DNA of 40,502 nt from Leidyana gryllorum EB-2025a (Eukaryota > Protista > Apicomplexa). Below, one piece after another: positions 19,949 through 31,998 of the stretch; positions within the stretch are counted from its first letter, which is position 1; each line of letters opens with the position of its first letter. The notes under the pieces were generated by a model. The model saw nothing but the letters and a program-made list of their open reading frames with translations, ran no database searches and was not told where the DNA came from. The stretch spans positions 1-40,502 of the forward strand of contig JBLWGC010000066.1 in NCBI GenBank assembly GCA_048772705.1. Direction: 5' to 3'. Both the position numbers and the translations under genes were made by a program.

Positions 19949-20080
19949 GGTAAGGGGTTAAGGATGACGACATGAAAATTCCGATGAATTAGTAACGGGT
20001 TAAGGATGACGACATGAAAAAACACCGATAAACTTGTAACGAGATAAGGGTGACGACATCAAAAAATGTGATAAATTTCG
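19949..20080 (+). repeat. Three tandem ~44-bp repeats (GTAANGGGTTAAGGATGACGACATGAAAA...)
   Basis: Copies start at ~19949, ~19992 and ~20036. Confidence 0.85.
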
Positions 20081-21399
20081 CTTAGAGACACCCAATAACC
20101 TCAGTAGACGAGAAAGACGGTAGGGGAGACTGAGAATGACTCAATGAGATGTTAGCTGGGGCGTCACTGGATGCTGGTTGGGGCAGGTAGCGAATGGGGG
20201 TCAGTTGGCTGGGATAAAAACTGCACAACGGGGAGGTGAGGCTCTGGTCGCAAAGTGGCGAAGCTCCTTGGGGGCGTTCTGGGATGTGTGGGGATGAGGT
20301 GTGGGAACTTACTTGGTGTGGGAACGTGCCAGACCAGTCTGAGTGGCACGAGGTCACGTCTTGGGAACATCTGGGGGGGAAGAAAGCGAGCGCGAGCGAG
20401 AAGAGGGCTTTTTGGATCTGAAAACAAAAATAACAGTCCAAGTCCCACGTCTTGCACACCAAATCTTGGGAAAAGTGGCTCGTTTGGGCTGCTATCTGTT
20501 GCTTGCGAGCCGCACGAGAGCTAAATTAAGGAGTCTGACGACCCTTACATCTCGATGGGAGGCTAGCTTGCTGTAGCGAACGAGCCAATTGAAGTTCGGG
20601 AAGTCTCATTTTTGCAAAAATCAGGCCTTCTCGTGTCTCAGACAGCTCGAGCCTAATCAAATTCCTATTTCACTAAAAGTCGTTTCTGTTACCCCCTAAG
20701 AACCCCCAAAAAAACCTACGGTAATGGTCGGGCTCACCCTTGCGGGTTTCGCCGACCTGCACAACTGCGCCACACTCCCTAGTGAAAGTTCTCTCGATGC
20801 ATCTCCTCCTGTCAAAAGGGTGCACATGATGTTGTATCCACAACACACCCGCCTAGTCGGGCCGGGGCTCAACCTCGAACTTGGACTTATTAGGCTCACC
20901 ATTAAAGTGACCGAAAATACGCAGAGTTGAGGTAAACAATCACTGGACCAAGTAGCCGACTGATGCGCTCAGCAAAGCACCATGATTGGCCTCGTCCACC
21001 CGGCCGAACACTTATTTCAAAGCCTAATACTGACATGGAGTAGGGGTTGTACCCACACCACTCACAACTCGCATGGGAATTCTGAGGGAACGTGTGATCC
21101 GTTGCACTCTCAGCAAGGTGGCAGAGTGTTTGAGGCGGCGGCTTGCTAAGCCGTTGGGTCTCACCCACGTGAGTTCAAATCTCACCATTGTCCGTGGCAC
21201 TCGGGGAGAGCGCAACTGCTTCAATGATTGAACTGAGGCTCCACCTCAGATCTCCAATAGTGGCACTTCCAGCTCTTAAGCTCAGAAATGGGACTCAGAT
21301 TCCGGGGTGGTCCAAGGTGACATTCTGGATATCGATCCAATAGCGCGGCAAGCAGAGGCAAAAGGTTCTCGAACCGGTGCCAAGTGTCGTCGCAGAAGT

Positions 21400-21473
21400 G
21401 GTCGCGTAGCTCAGTCGGTTAGAGCGTGAGCCTAATAAGCTCAAAGTCCCCGGTTCGAGCCCGGGCGTGACCA
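21400..21473 (+). tRNA. tRNA-Ile(AAT)
   Basis: Copy of 9679-9752. Confidence 0.9.
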
Positions 21474-21564
21474 AGGGAGTGGATGCCTGATACAGCGTTG
21501 CCTCGAGGAAATCCCAGCATTCTACGACGAATACGGATGGAATCTGTTACTAAGTCCGACAGGT

Positions 21565-21646
21565 GGCAACTTGCCCGAGTGGTGCAGGGGGTAGACTAGA
21601 AATCTACTGGGCCTGGCCCGCGTTGGTTCAAATCCAGCAGTTGTCG
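21565..21646 (+). tRNA. tRNA-Ser(AGA)
   Basis: Near copy of 4790-4871. Confidence 0.82.
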
Positions 21647-22423
21647 TGCGATGTGATTGGAGCGTCAAACACAACTCACGCATGAAACTCAACCATGTGC
21701 TATCTCCTCTGCATCTGCTCGGAATCGAACCCGGGTCGTCTCGATGGCAACGAGACATTCTATCACTAGACCACAGATACAGAACATGATCTCGCTGCAT
21801 CTTGTACGTGGTGACAGCCGTTGTTAGAGAGCCTATCGATGGATCAAAGGGCACAAAACCCGATAGCCTGACATGTGAAGTGGCTCTACTCCCAGAGCTG
21901 GAACTTCCGTAGTATGTCGGATGCGCTTGTCAGCCCAACAGACTACAAACGCTTGGAGTGACGGGACAGAAAGCGAGTTGGCAACATGGCCGGATGGTCT
22001 GCAGGCACTGTGTGCAAGCCGCAGTCCGAAAAGGCGTTGGTGGGATCGCGCGCTTGTCAACCGTTGTATTGTATTGGCACTCAGTCCCCTCAGTTCACTG
22101 ATAGACAGGTCGTTCGACCTACACACTGCTGCACCTGGCGGGACTCAAACCCGGGTCACCACCTTGGAAGGGTCGCATCGACCCTTAGACCACAAATGCA
22201 ATTGCGGAAGAGCTGCAGTAACCAAAGAGACTAGGGCGATTTCTGCGTTAAGCTGTCTGCAACCTACTCCAACACGGACTTTTTGGGAGCTGAATCGAGC
22301 ACTTCTCCCAGGCGAAGGAACATTATACCGATAGCTCTTCAACTCGACATCCGCGGCAGTGCCTCCCCAACGGCTAGCAAGCTTGCCTCGGTCGAAACGG
22401 AACGTCTTCCGAGTGAGAGGCTA

Positions 22424-22496
22424 TGATGCGGATGGGACTCGAACCCACAACTCCCGGTTCCGAAGACCGATGCCCTATCCATTAGGCCACCGCACC
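22424..22496 (-). tRNA. tRNA-Arg(TCG)
   Basis: GGTGCGG/CCGCATC acceptor, TCG loop. Confidence 0.85.
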
Positions 22497-23385
22497 ATGG
22501 ATAGGCTTCGGTCATCTCGATACTGGTTGGGTGAAAGAAGTGCTTGATCTCAAAACCTCCCCCAAACCGTTGTTAAAAAGTGCCAGCGAGTAAGACATGT
22601 CGCTGGCAAGCTCGGGGCGGCAGGGACGCGGCGCATTCTGATTCTCGATGTGACAACCTCTTTGCCTCGCCCGCGGATCGAACATGGAACTTCCAAGTCT
22701 TGTCTAGCGCTCTCTAACTGAGCTTCCTACGCGCCAGAAAGTCATGGAGCGCGGTGAAGATGAGTGACCGACCGCACGTGCGAGCCAGTCTTGCCAAACC
22801 GTATGTGGCCCGAGTGCTCAAAGTCTGAGTATGCACGCGGTCGGCCTCAATGTGGCGCCTGACTTTGCCAGCCTGTAACCCCGCAGGTGAAGCAGCCGAC
22901 TGTACTGCCTGTATAGTCTACCCAAAGTCGAAGCTGATAAATTGTGCAACCCTCTCAGGTCATTATCGAGACTGAGAGTCCAGCCAGAAAAGCTTAAGCT
23001 CCTGAGCAAAGCCTTCTGCCGGAATCGAACCGGCGACCTTTCGCTTACTAAGCGAATGCTCTGCCCCTAATCTAAGAAGGCAATGCAAGCCGGGAATCAC
23101 GCATCAGTCCCTATTGACGAAAGTTATCGGAGCACTTTGATCGAGTACTTCAATGACTTGCACTGCCGGGACTTGAACCCGGATCGTGCGGGTGAAAGCC
23201 GCATAGCTCAGCCTTCGGCCTAGAGCTGTACCCTCTTGGAAAGCAGTGGTACCCAGGTCGTGCAAACCGGCACTCGAGTCTGGCACATTGGACCACTCCG
23301 AAATCCGTGCCGTACTTCTGAGCTTGAGAGCGCCACTGTTGAGGGTCTGAGGTTGAGCCTTTTGAACCCCGGAGCAGTTGGACCG

Positions 23386-23465
23386 CCGGGGGTAGCTCAG
23401 TTGGTAGAGCATCTGACTGTAGTGCTGGCATCAGATAGTCGGCAGTTCGATTCCGTCCCACCGAA
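23386..23465 (+). tRNA. tRNA-Tyr(GTA) with 7-nt intron
   Basis: Duplicate of 11718-11797. Confidence 0.75.
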
Positions 23466-23632
23466 AGTAGAGTGGTGAGCTGAGAATCGATCCCAGAACC
23501 TTTCGTACACAAAGCACCGTTTCATCATGTGGGCTAGCCTCCCTCTGTGCCTACCTCATGGCATTGAGCGATACTTCACATAGTGAGACGAGTCTCTCGA
23601 CTGTACCCAGCGGGTTGAACCACCAGCTAGGC

Positions 23633-23704
23633 GGCTGTTTGGTCTAGTGGTATGATTCTTCCTTCGGGTGGAAGAAGTCCTGGGTTCGATTCCCAGAACA
23701 GCCC
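23633..23704 (+). tRNA. tRNA-Pro(CGG)
   Basis: Duplicate of 11965-12036. Confidence 0.92.
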
Positions 23705-24189
23705 GTCTGATAGTTGTTGACGCAACACGTCACCTCTCTTCAGGGTTGTCTAAGATATGCTGCTCCCACTCGTACAATCCCGGATGAAGTCCAGACCAGC
23801 TGAGACAGACGCTAATGGGACTCGAGCACACAATCCCCAGTTCCGTGGACCGATGCCACATCCATTGAGCCACACCGCCGATCAACGGGGGCGTCAAATG
23901 AGAGTGTGTTGCGATCAAGCGTTGTCGACTCGGCAAGAGTTTCCATCCGAGACACCGGAGATATGCTGTCCGAGCCAGGAATCGAGCCTGGGTTTGCACG
24001 GCCACAACTTACTCTCTTAAACCACACGACGACTCGCACAGTCTTCATATGAGGCTATAAAGGTTGTGACGCATCAATCGGGATGGGATGCAACAGGAGC
24101 GTCAGATGAAGTGCATGGTGATCCGAACACACTTCAACTTTCGGTGGGACGAAGTCGAAGCGGCGACAATGTGATGTCAGCACTACAGT

Positions 24190-24828
24190 TGTTGTGGTGT
24201 ACCAGTTAGTGCAATGGGAAGTGTCTTGTGCTCGCAACCTGGAGGTCGCAGGATCGAATCCACGGCCCTGCACTTCGCCCTTGGCTAGCCACCTCGACCG
24301 GCACATGGCTGCCCTTAGTATTGTGATCCAGTAGTGCAGTGGTAACTACTCGGACTTGGGACCCGCAGGTCGGCGGATCGAATCCCACCTCGGACAACTG
24401 TGCCAAGACCCCCAGGTGACGGGTGAGGGCAGGTCGAGGATGGAGGACGGGTGGGGGAGCCCCCAGGAGGCCCCACAGCGTCGTACACGCACGTCTAAGC
24501 TGCACACTGGTCTGCAGTGCCACGACATGTTCGGCGACTGCGCCAATAGCACAATGGTAATGACTACGGACTTATGTTCTGAAGGTCGGTGGTTCGAGTC
24601 TCCCCGCGGACAAGCCTGACTCCACGGCATTGTCAACGGGACTGGCTGCTTAAGGTAAGTCTTGTCCATACGTGTGCAGGTGAAGGCTGTACACGCGCGC
24701 GCCAAGACATTTGAGGCAAGACCTTAGCTGTAGCACATAGGTAGCGTTAGGTCCAACTTAGATGCTTTTTAGAAAAGGAAAAAAGGGGGAACGAACTCGA
24801 CAGTCGGCACTCACCCTGGAGCACAACA
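24190..24828. mobile_element. Solo-LTR-like element (copy 2, same site as copy 1 via the segmental duplication)
   Basis: Same ends and TSD ACAGT. Confidence 0.85.
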
Positions 24829-25167
24829 ACAGTCAAGGGCTGTACCAACTGATCTACTTCAGCACGTCCAAGTCAGTCTCTCGACTTTACGCAACGAACT
24901 GCACCACCGACCAGTCCGCAGTTTAGTCTTTAATGGTGTGACCCTTCCTCAGGGTGGAAGGAGTCGTGGGTTGGATTCCCAGCAGAACCCGTCCTTGTTG
25001 CGGATTGACTCAATATGCAACGCCTCTCAGCTCCAGCCAAACTGTTCCATCATAGATTCCGGCCCAAAGCTTTAGTTTTTCTCCCCCCTTGCACCTTCTG
25101 GTAGACCAAGCCGGGTCGTCTGGATGCAGCCAGCCACATTACGGGTATGACGCGATGTGAGGAAGAC

Positions 25168-25273
25168 AAAAAATTGAGTGGACTTCTCGATCCAGATTGG
25201 TCATCCTTGCGCAGGGGCCATGCTAATCTTCTCTGTATCATTCCACTTATAGTGAGCCCCCCCAGAGGGGGGC
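25168..25273 (-). ncRNA. U6: U6 spliceosomal snRNA (duplicate)
   Basis: Same sequence as 13498-13603. Confidence 0.93.
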
Positions 25274-26204
25274 ATTAACAGACGACTGGGGTAATATGAA
25301 GAATTGACATCAATTTATTGAAGGACTTGGGCGGCTTTTTGGGACGTTACTCTCTATAAATCGCTCGGATAGTATATCCCCCGGTGTCTTGAATGGGAGA
25401 TGTCGCTGCAACCAAGGTGAAGTTTGTCCAAACCTACGAGCGGGGGTGGCTACAACGGTCTCGGCAAAAGTGTCCTCTCTTGATCGCTACAAACTTTCAT
25501 TTTACGCTTCCGTTGATCGGCCCTAGGGCCGTACGGATACGGCATCGGTCTACGGAACCGCGGATTCTGGGTTCGAGTCCTAGTAGCGACTGGGCGGGTG
25601 GTCGAGTTCCAGCCCCTCACAACTGCTGCAACTCAGATTTTGTCTCAGCTGGTCTGGACTTCATCCGGGATTGTACGAGTGGGAGCCGCGTATCTCAGCC
25701 GACCTCCGGGAGACGTGACGAGTCAGCACTATCAGACCGACTGGTCTGGGACTCGAACCCAGGACTTCTTCCACCCGAAGGAAGGATCATACCACTAGAC
25801 CAAACAGCCAGGTCCTCGGTAATGCAACCCACCGGGTACAGCCGAGAGACTGGTCATACTGTGTAAAGGATCACGGAATGGCATAGGGCTTGCGCTACAG
25901 GCGACTAGCTCAGATGCTTGAGCGGTCACTCAGCGTGCGGAAGGGACTGGGCTCGATGCCTAGCCCATCCAAACTATATGCATAGAATCTTCGCCAGTAT
26001 AAGTACAGTTGGAACATCAACACTGTCTGCCAAAGCCCAGCAGGGGGAGTAGTAGTTTTCAAAGCACATCTCTACTTCCGGTGGGAGGGAATCTGGTGAG
26101 ATGCCGGCACTTTCCCATTTGTCAGTGCCGTAGGGGGGAGGCTGAAGAGGCGGCTGTTTGGTTTAGTGGTATGATTCTTCCTCGGGTAGGGAACGTTGCA
26201 AGTG

Positions 26205-26277
26205 GGTCTTGTAGCTCAGTCGGCAGAGCGTGTGGCTGTTAACCACAAAGTCGCAGGTTCGAAACCTGCCAGAACCG
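26205..26277 (+). tRNA. tRNA-Asn(GTT)
   Basis: Duplicate of 14535-14607. Confidence 0.85.
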
Positions 26278-26486
26278 GATTAAGAGGCACCCTAGACATT
26301 GACTGCGGTGCATGGCACTTGTGGTCTGCGACCCTTCAAAGATGATAGGGTTGGGTTGGGATCCTGGCACGTGCAGCCGTAGCCCGTCTGTCAGTTGTTG
26401 ACTCAACACGGCACTCGACCCATCCCGGACAGCTAAGACAGGATCTGAGTTGTTGACTCAACAGGCTGCAACCCGGCCATTCGCCC

Positions 26487-26559
26487 AGACGCTACTGGGA
26501 CTCGAACCCAGAATGCCCGGTTCCGTAGACCGATGCCATATCCATTAGGCCATAGCGCC
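26487..26559 (-). tRNA. tRNA-Arg(ACG)
   Basis: Duplicate of 14817-14889. Confidence 0.85.
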
Positions 26560-27090
26560 GACTAGCGGAGCCGTCAAATGGAAGTGTGTAGCGATCAAGA
26601 CAGGACATGGGCAGCTACGCCCGCTGGTGGGTCCGGACAACTTCACCAACATCTCCCATTCGAGACATCGGGGACATACTATCCAAGCCAGGATTCGGGC
26701 CTGGGTATGCACGGCCGGATCGTGCGGGTGAGAGCCGCATATCCTAGCCACTTAGACTACAGTGGACAACTCCCTCAGCTGCAGCTTTCGCCGAGAGCCG
26801 TACCCTCTTGACAAGACGTGGTCTGTCGGGTGAACCTACAACAAAGGGGTTGCAGAATCATGTTGTAGAAAGAGGAGGGTGTCTCTAGCAACCTCTGAAA
26901 CATTGTAGCTGGGTCTTGTAGCTCAGTCGGCAGAGCGTGTGGCTGTTAACCACAAAGTCGCAGTTTCGAAACCTGCCAGAACCGTTTCAGAGGCACCCCA
27001 GACACTGACTTGACTGCCCTGCTCTCGCAATGGCACCTGTGGTCTGCGACCCTTCAGAGTGACTCCCGCCACGTGTAGCCATACGTACTT

Positions 27091-27163
27091 TGGACGACCT
27101 GGGCATCGATCCCAGGACCTCTCGCATGCTAAGCGAGCGCTCTACCATTTGAGCTAGTCGCCC
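27091..27163 (-). tRNA. tRNA-Ala(AGC)
   Basis: Duplicate of 15421-15493; the duplication ends here. Confidence 0.93.
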
Positions 27164-27223
27164 ATCCGCACTACATGGAAGACCTATTGCATCCAGTGGC
27201 TGACCGACTGCCCACACAACGGC

Positions 27224-27303
27224 TGTCAAGAGTGGGATTCGAACCCACGCCCTTTCGGACTGCGGCCTGAACACAGCGCCTTGGACCGCTCGGCCATCTT
27301 GCC
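27224..27303 (-). tRNA. tRNA-Leu(CAG), minor changes
   Basis: Leu body, CAG loop. Confidence 0.78.
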
Positions 27304-27884
27304 GGAGCGTTCTTGGCTCGCCACTTTACACGTTTTCTGTCCGTGAAGGCTCGAGGAGGGAGGACTTTTGGGGTTGAAGGCCGGTGTGTTTGTGAGCCAC
27401 CGAAATAGTATGGTGGTTAGTATTTCCGCCTGTCACGCGGAAGACCCGGGTTCGATTCCCGGTCTCGGAGATACATCGTCTTCCGCTCTAGATTCCGTGA
27501 TGCTTGCCTGAACGATGCGTGTTACAGCCACCGAGGATTGAACTCCGGACCTTCTGCGTTTTAAGCAGACGTCGTGACCGCTAGATGGCTGCACGGAGCT
27601 TCCGGACTGCCGAAGGGGCGTGTGTCTCTGGAAACGCGTATCCGATGAGCCTGGTTCATATGTACCGGCCTAAGTTGGACGGCCTGGAGTAGTTAAGACC
27701 CTTCGTTCTGTATTCAGGAATGGAGGTGTCACGCATCTGTGGTTTAGTGGTAGACTGTGTCGTTGCCGCCTAGACGACCCAGGTTCGATTCCCACAGATG
27801 CAGAGAAGATGGCAGATGGTTGATTGAGGCACCATTCTGGGGTTTCAGGCTTGAGTTGTTGTCTGCCCCTCCAATCACATCGAA

Positions 27885-27966
27885 CGACAGCTGCTGGATT
27901 CGAACCAGCGCGGGCCAGACCCAGTAGATTTCAAGTCTACCCCCTTAACCACTCGGGCAAGTTGCC
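27885..27966 (-). tRNA. tRNA-Ser(TGA)
   Basis: GTAGA-CT-TGA-AA-TCTAC, long variable arm. Confidence 0.9.
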
Positions 27967-28184
27967 AACTGTCGAATTCGACATGCCGCGAGAAGTGACC
28001 AAATACCCCCATGTTCAGCGTGTCCTGCGGCATTGATAGGTGTCTAAACTGACCTCTCGCGTGCAAAGTCATCGCTCTACCACTTGAGATAGCCGCCCAC
28101 CCGCCAAACCTAGGTGGACTTCCCACCTGAGATCGACTCACAGTTCTCTGGCGCCTCATTCGTCAGTGCAACTGTTGTGACTCG

Positions 28185-28257
28185 TCCACTGTAGTCTAAG
28201 TGGCTAGGATATGCGGCTTTCACCCGCACGATCCGGGTTCAAGTCCCGGCAGTGGAA
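28185..28257 (+). tRNA. tRNA-Glu(TTC)
   Basis: Same sequence as 5103-5175. Confidence 0.93.
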
Positions 28258-28658
28258 ATCCAGCTGAGTGTGCTTGTAGGCAACAGTTCCATTCTTACTT
28301 CCAGGGAAACAGCACACCGCCCGCGAGGCTCGAACCCGCGACTGCAAGATTAAGAGTCTTTCTTCCGCTCTACCGACTGAGCTAGGCGGCAGGAAAGCAA
28401 AGACACAAAACCCGATAGCCTGACATCTAAAGTGGCTTTGGTACCCACCAGCCTCACTTGAAGATTGTCCGGGTCGTCTAGTGCTTACAACAGCAAGCTG
28501 TGGCCCTGCATACCCAGGCCCGAATCCTGGCTTGGATAGTATGTCCCCGATGGCTCGAATGGGAGATGTGGGTGAAGTCTGCCCAGACCCACATCGGGCG
28601 TAGCTGCCCATGTCCTGTCTCGATCGCTACACACTTCCATTTGACGGCTCCGCTTGTC

Positions 28659-28731
28659 GGCGCTATGGCCTAATGGATATGGCATCGGTCTACGGAACCA
28701 GGGATTCTGGGTTCGAGTCCCAGTAGCGTCT
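28659..28731 (+). tRNA. tRNA-Arg(ACG)
   Basis: Arg body, one anticodon-stem mismatch. Confidence 0.82.
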
Positions 28732-28775
28732 GGGCGAATGGCCGGGTTGCAGCCTGTTGACAACAACTGACAGAC

Positions 28776-28847
28776 GGGCTGTTCTGGGAATCGAACCCAG
28801 GACTCCTTCCACCCTAAGGAAGGATCATACCACTAGACCAAACAGCT
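28776..28847 (-). tRNA. tRNA-Pro(AGG)
   Basis: Pro body, AGG loop. Confidence 0.82.
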
Positions 28848-29282
28848 GACTGGTCGGTGGTGCAATCCGCGGGTAGGGTCGAGAGAGTGGTCATGCTATG
28901 TTGACAACCGATAAATGCGATGGGGACTGCACGTCGGGCGACTGGCTCAGATGGTAGAGCGCTCGCTTAGCATGCGACAGGTATGGGATCGATGTCCAGG
29001 TCGTCCAAACGTCGTACGGCTGCACCTGCCGCTATGTGTTTACCGAGTTGAGAGCCTTTGATTGTGCCCTGTAGCCCTTGGATAGACTTTGGCATCGCAA
29101 TGCGGTCTAGGGTGCCTGAGACCGCGGACCTGCGACTTGGTATTTAACAATCACACGCTTTGCCCACTGCGCTACAAGAGCCAGTTGAATATTTTGGAGG
29201 TTAGTAGAAAAACCCGTTTTGCATGTTTGGGGAAGCGCTAGCCCGGATGGCTCTACCAACTCTTTTTTGGGAAGGACTGATC

Positions 29283-29354
29283 GGTTACTTGGTGTAGTGG
29301 TTAGCACTGGAGACTCTAAATCTCCCGACCTAGGTTCGATTCCCGGAGCAACTT
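29283..29354 (+). pseudogene. tRNA-Gln body with CTA anticodon
   Basis: GGAGA-CT-CTA-AA-TCTCC; mismatches in acceptor and T stems. Confidence 0.65.
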
Positions 29355-29807
29355 CAAAACTAGTCCTCACTTTTTCGTGAAACCTCGCCACTTCTCTTGG
29401 TCTGCGGGACCTTCGCCGCAGCCATGGTCTAGTGGTCAACACGTTTGCTTAACACGCAGAAGGTCCCGAGTTCGATCCTCGGTGGCTGAAACTCGCATTT
29501 TTGCAGGTGAGCACCACGAAATCTAAAGCGGAAAAACTAAGTGTCTCCGAGACCGCGATTCGTACGCGGGTCTTCCGAGTGACAGGCGGAAATACTAAGC
29601 ACTATACTATCTCGGACGCTCGTGGAGACCCCGGCCTTCAACCCCAAAAGTCTTTCTATTTTGGCTCACGGACAAAAACGCGTGGAGCGATGAACCAACA
29701 ACACTGTGGCAAGATGGCCGAGTTGTCTAAGGCGCTGTGCTCAGACCGCAGTCCGAAAGGGTGAGGATCTGGGGTTGAGCCGTTCGAACCCCGGAGCAGT
29801 TGGACGA

Positions 29808-29887
29808 CCGGGGGTGGCTCAGTTGGTAGAGCATCTGACTGTTGTGCTGGCATCAGATAGTCGGCGGTTCGATTCCGTCCCACCGGA
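29808..29887 (+). pseudogene. tRNA-Tyr body with 7-nt intron, anticodon GTT
   Basis: As 11718-11797 but CT-GTT-G. Confidence 0.7.
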
Positions 29888-30154
29888 AGTAGAGTGGCGA
29901 TTGGCAAAGTACTACTCAACCTGATGGTTTTGGCAGACAGCGTTGATAGGCCAACTAGACTACTCCGGCGAGGGTTCCATCTATGTAGTTCGGATGCGCT
30001 GAGAATCGATCCCAGAACCTTTCATATACTAAGCATTGTTTCATCATCATCTGGGCTAGCCTCCCTCTGTGCCTACCTCATGGCATTGAGTGATACTTCA
30101 CATAGTGAGACGAGTCTCTCGACTGTACCCAGCGGGTTGAATAACCAGCTAGGC

Positions 30155-30226
30155 GGCTGTTTGGTCTAGTGGTATGATTCTTCCTTCGGGTGGAAGAAGT
30201 CCTGGGTTCGATTCCCAGAACAGCCC
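30155..30226 (+). tRNA. tRNA-Pro(CGG)
   Basis: Intact. Confidence 0.92.
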
Positions 30227-30665
30227 GTCTGATAGTTGTTGACGCAACACGGCACTCGACCCATCCCGGACAATGTCCCTGACAGCTAAGACAGGATCTG
30301 AGTTGTTGACTCAACAGGCTGCAACCCGGCCGTTCGCCTAGAGCTACTGGGACTCGAACCCAGAATCCCCGGTTCCGTAGACCGATGCCATATCCATTAG
30401 GCCATAGCGCCGACTAACCGAGCCGTCAAATGAAAGTGTGTAGCGATCAAGAGAGGAGGGCAGCTACGCCCGATCGTGGGCTCGGACAAACTTCACCTAC
30501 ATCTCCCACGAGACATCGGGGACATACTATCGAAGCCAGGATTTGGGCCTGGGTATGCACGGCCACAACTTGCTGTTGTAAGCACTAGACGACCCGGAGT
30601 GAGGCTGGTGAGTACCAAAGCCACTTTAGATGTCAAGCTATCGAGTTTTGTGTCCTTGGTTTCCT

Positions 30666-30738
30666 GCCGCCCTAGCTCAGTCGGTAGAGCGCAAGACTCT
30701 TAATCTCGCAGTCGCGGGTTCGAGCCCCGTGGGCGGTG
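30666..30738 (+). tRNA. tRNA-Lys(CTT)
   Basis: CAAGA-CT-CTT-AA-TCTCG. Confidence 0.82.
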
Positions 30739-31998
30739 TGAATCCATCTCCCTAAAAGGAAGATTGGAACTGTTGCCTACAAGCACACTCATCTGGATTT
30801 CCACTGCCGAGACTTGAACCCGGATTGTGCGAGTGAAAGCCGCATATCCTAACCACTTAGACTACAGTGGACAATCGCGCGTGCTGAGGCTTTGGACGAG
30901 AGCCGTACCCTCTTCGAGACACCTCTATGTAAAGACCTGTGTACGCTAGCGGATCTGCGCAACGGGCGACTAGCTCAAATGGTAGAGCGCTCGCTTAGCA
31001 TGCGAGAGGTACTGGGATCGATATCCAGGCCGTGCAAACTTCGTACGGGTGCACCCACCGTATTTGAATACTCAGAGTAAAGACCTTTGAAGGGTCCAAG
31101 ACCATAAGTGTCGTGGAGAGAGTAAAGCGCCGTAGAACCTGGACCTCACAGGATTCGAACCTGCGACTTCGTGGCTGACAGCCACATGCTCTGCCAACTG
31201 AGCTGCAAGACCCACTTACAATCTTCTTCCAGGCAAAGGAAGAATTATAGCTTTAGATAGGTGTCAAATCTGCCCACATCATAAGAGCCATCATTCCGTT
31301 TCCTTCATCATATCCGAGGCTGGAGCAGTGACAAAGCTGCACGGCCTGGATATCGATCCGCGGATCTCTCACGTGATGCCCCAGGTTTCCTATGTAGAAC
31401 TCAGGATTCTCAGGCCTTTTCTGCCCCCATTCGTCAGTGCAACTGTGGTGACCTGTCCCCTTTAGTCTAGGTGGTTGGTATATGCGGCTCCTACCCGCAC
31501 CATCCCGGTTCGAGTCCCGGCAGCGGAAATGCAGTTGGGTGTGCTTGTAGGCAACATACTGCATTCTTACTCCCGACTCATTGATCCGCACCGCCCACGG
31601 GACTTCAATCTGCGACTGCAAGATTAAGAGGCTTGCGCTCTACCGACTGAGCTAGGACGACAAGGAAACTCGAAACTTAGTTACAGTCTATCTGCCTCAG
31701 GGTGGAGCCATGCAAGTCATCGGACAGGTCCACCAAAGTCTTTAGTATTTCCGCCGGTCACGCGGAAGACCTGTGTATGATTGCCGGTCTTACAGCACAG
31801 CTCGTTTCGCTATAGACTTCGTTCGGTGCTCACTCAAAAGATGCGAGCTCCAGCCACCGAGGATCGATCATGACTCCCTGCCTGGAGAGACTTCGTGACA
31901 GCTAGACCATGAACGCAGGGACTGTTTGATATATCGAGTGGAGCGTACACTTGCCCTCTGTCTTGTCTGGCCAACGTTGTTGAAATGCTGCCGGCCCA

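Larger units (their letters stand above)
17709..20763. mobile_element. ~3.05 kb non-coding insertion into tRNA-Met; class uncertain (Helitron-like or composite)
   Basis: Non-tRNA sequence bounded by the two halves of tRNA-Met; ACT at both junctions; terminal and internal GC hairpins; internal satellite. Confidence 0.7.
20318..27163 (+). repeat. Segmental direct duplication, copy 2
   Basis: Colinear with 8480-15493. Confidence 0.95.

Noticed and set aside
18790-20080. Possible CRISPR array
   Set aside because: Contiguous tandem monomers without unique spacers; eukaryotic context and no cas genes
17709-20766. Polinton assignment from AG...CT termini
   Set aside because: Only ~4 bp of inverted match; no long TIR, no 6-bp TSD, no coding capacity
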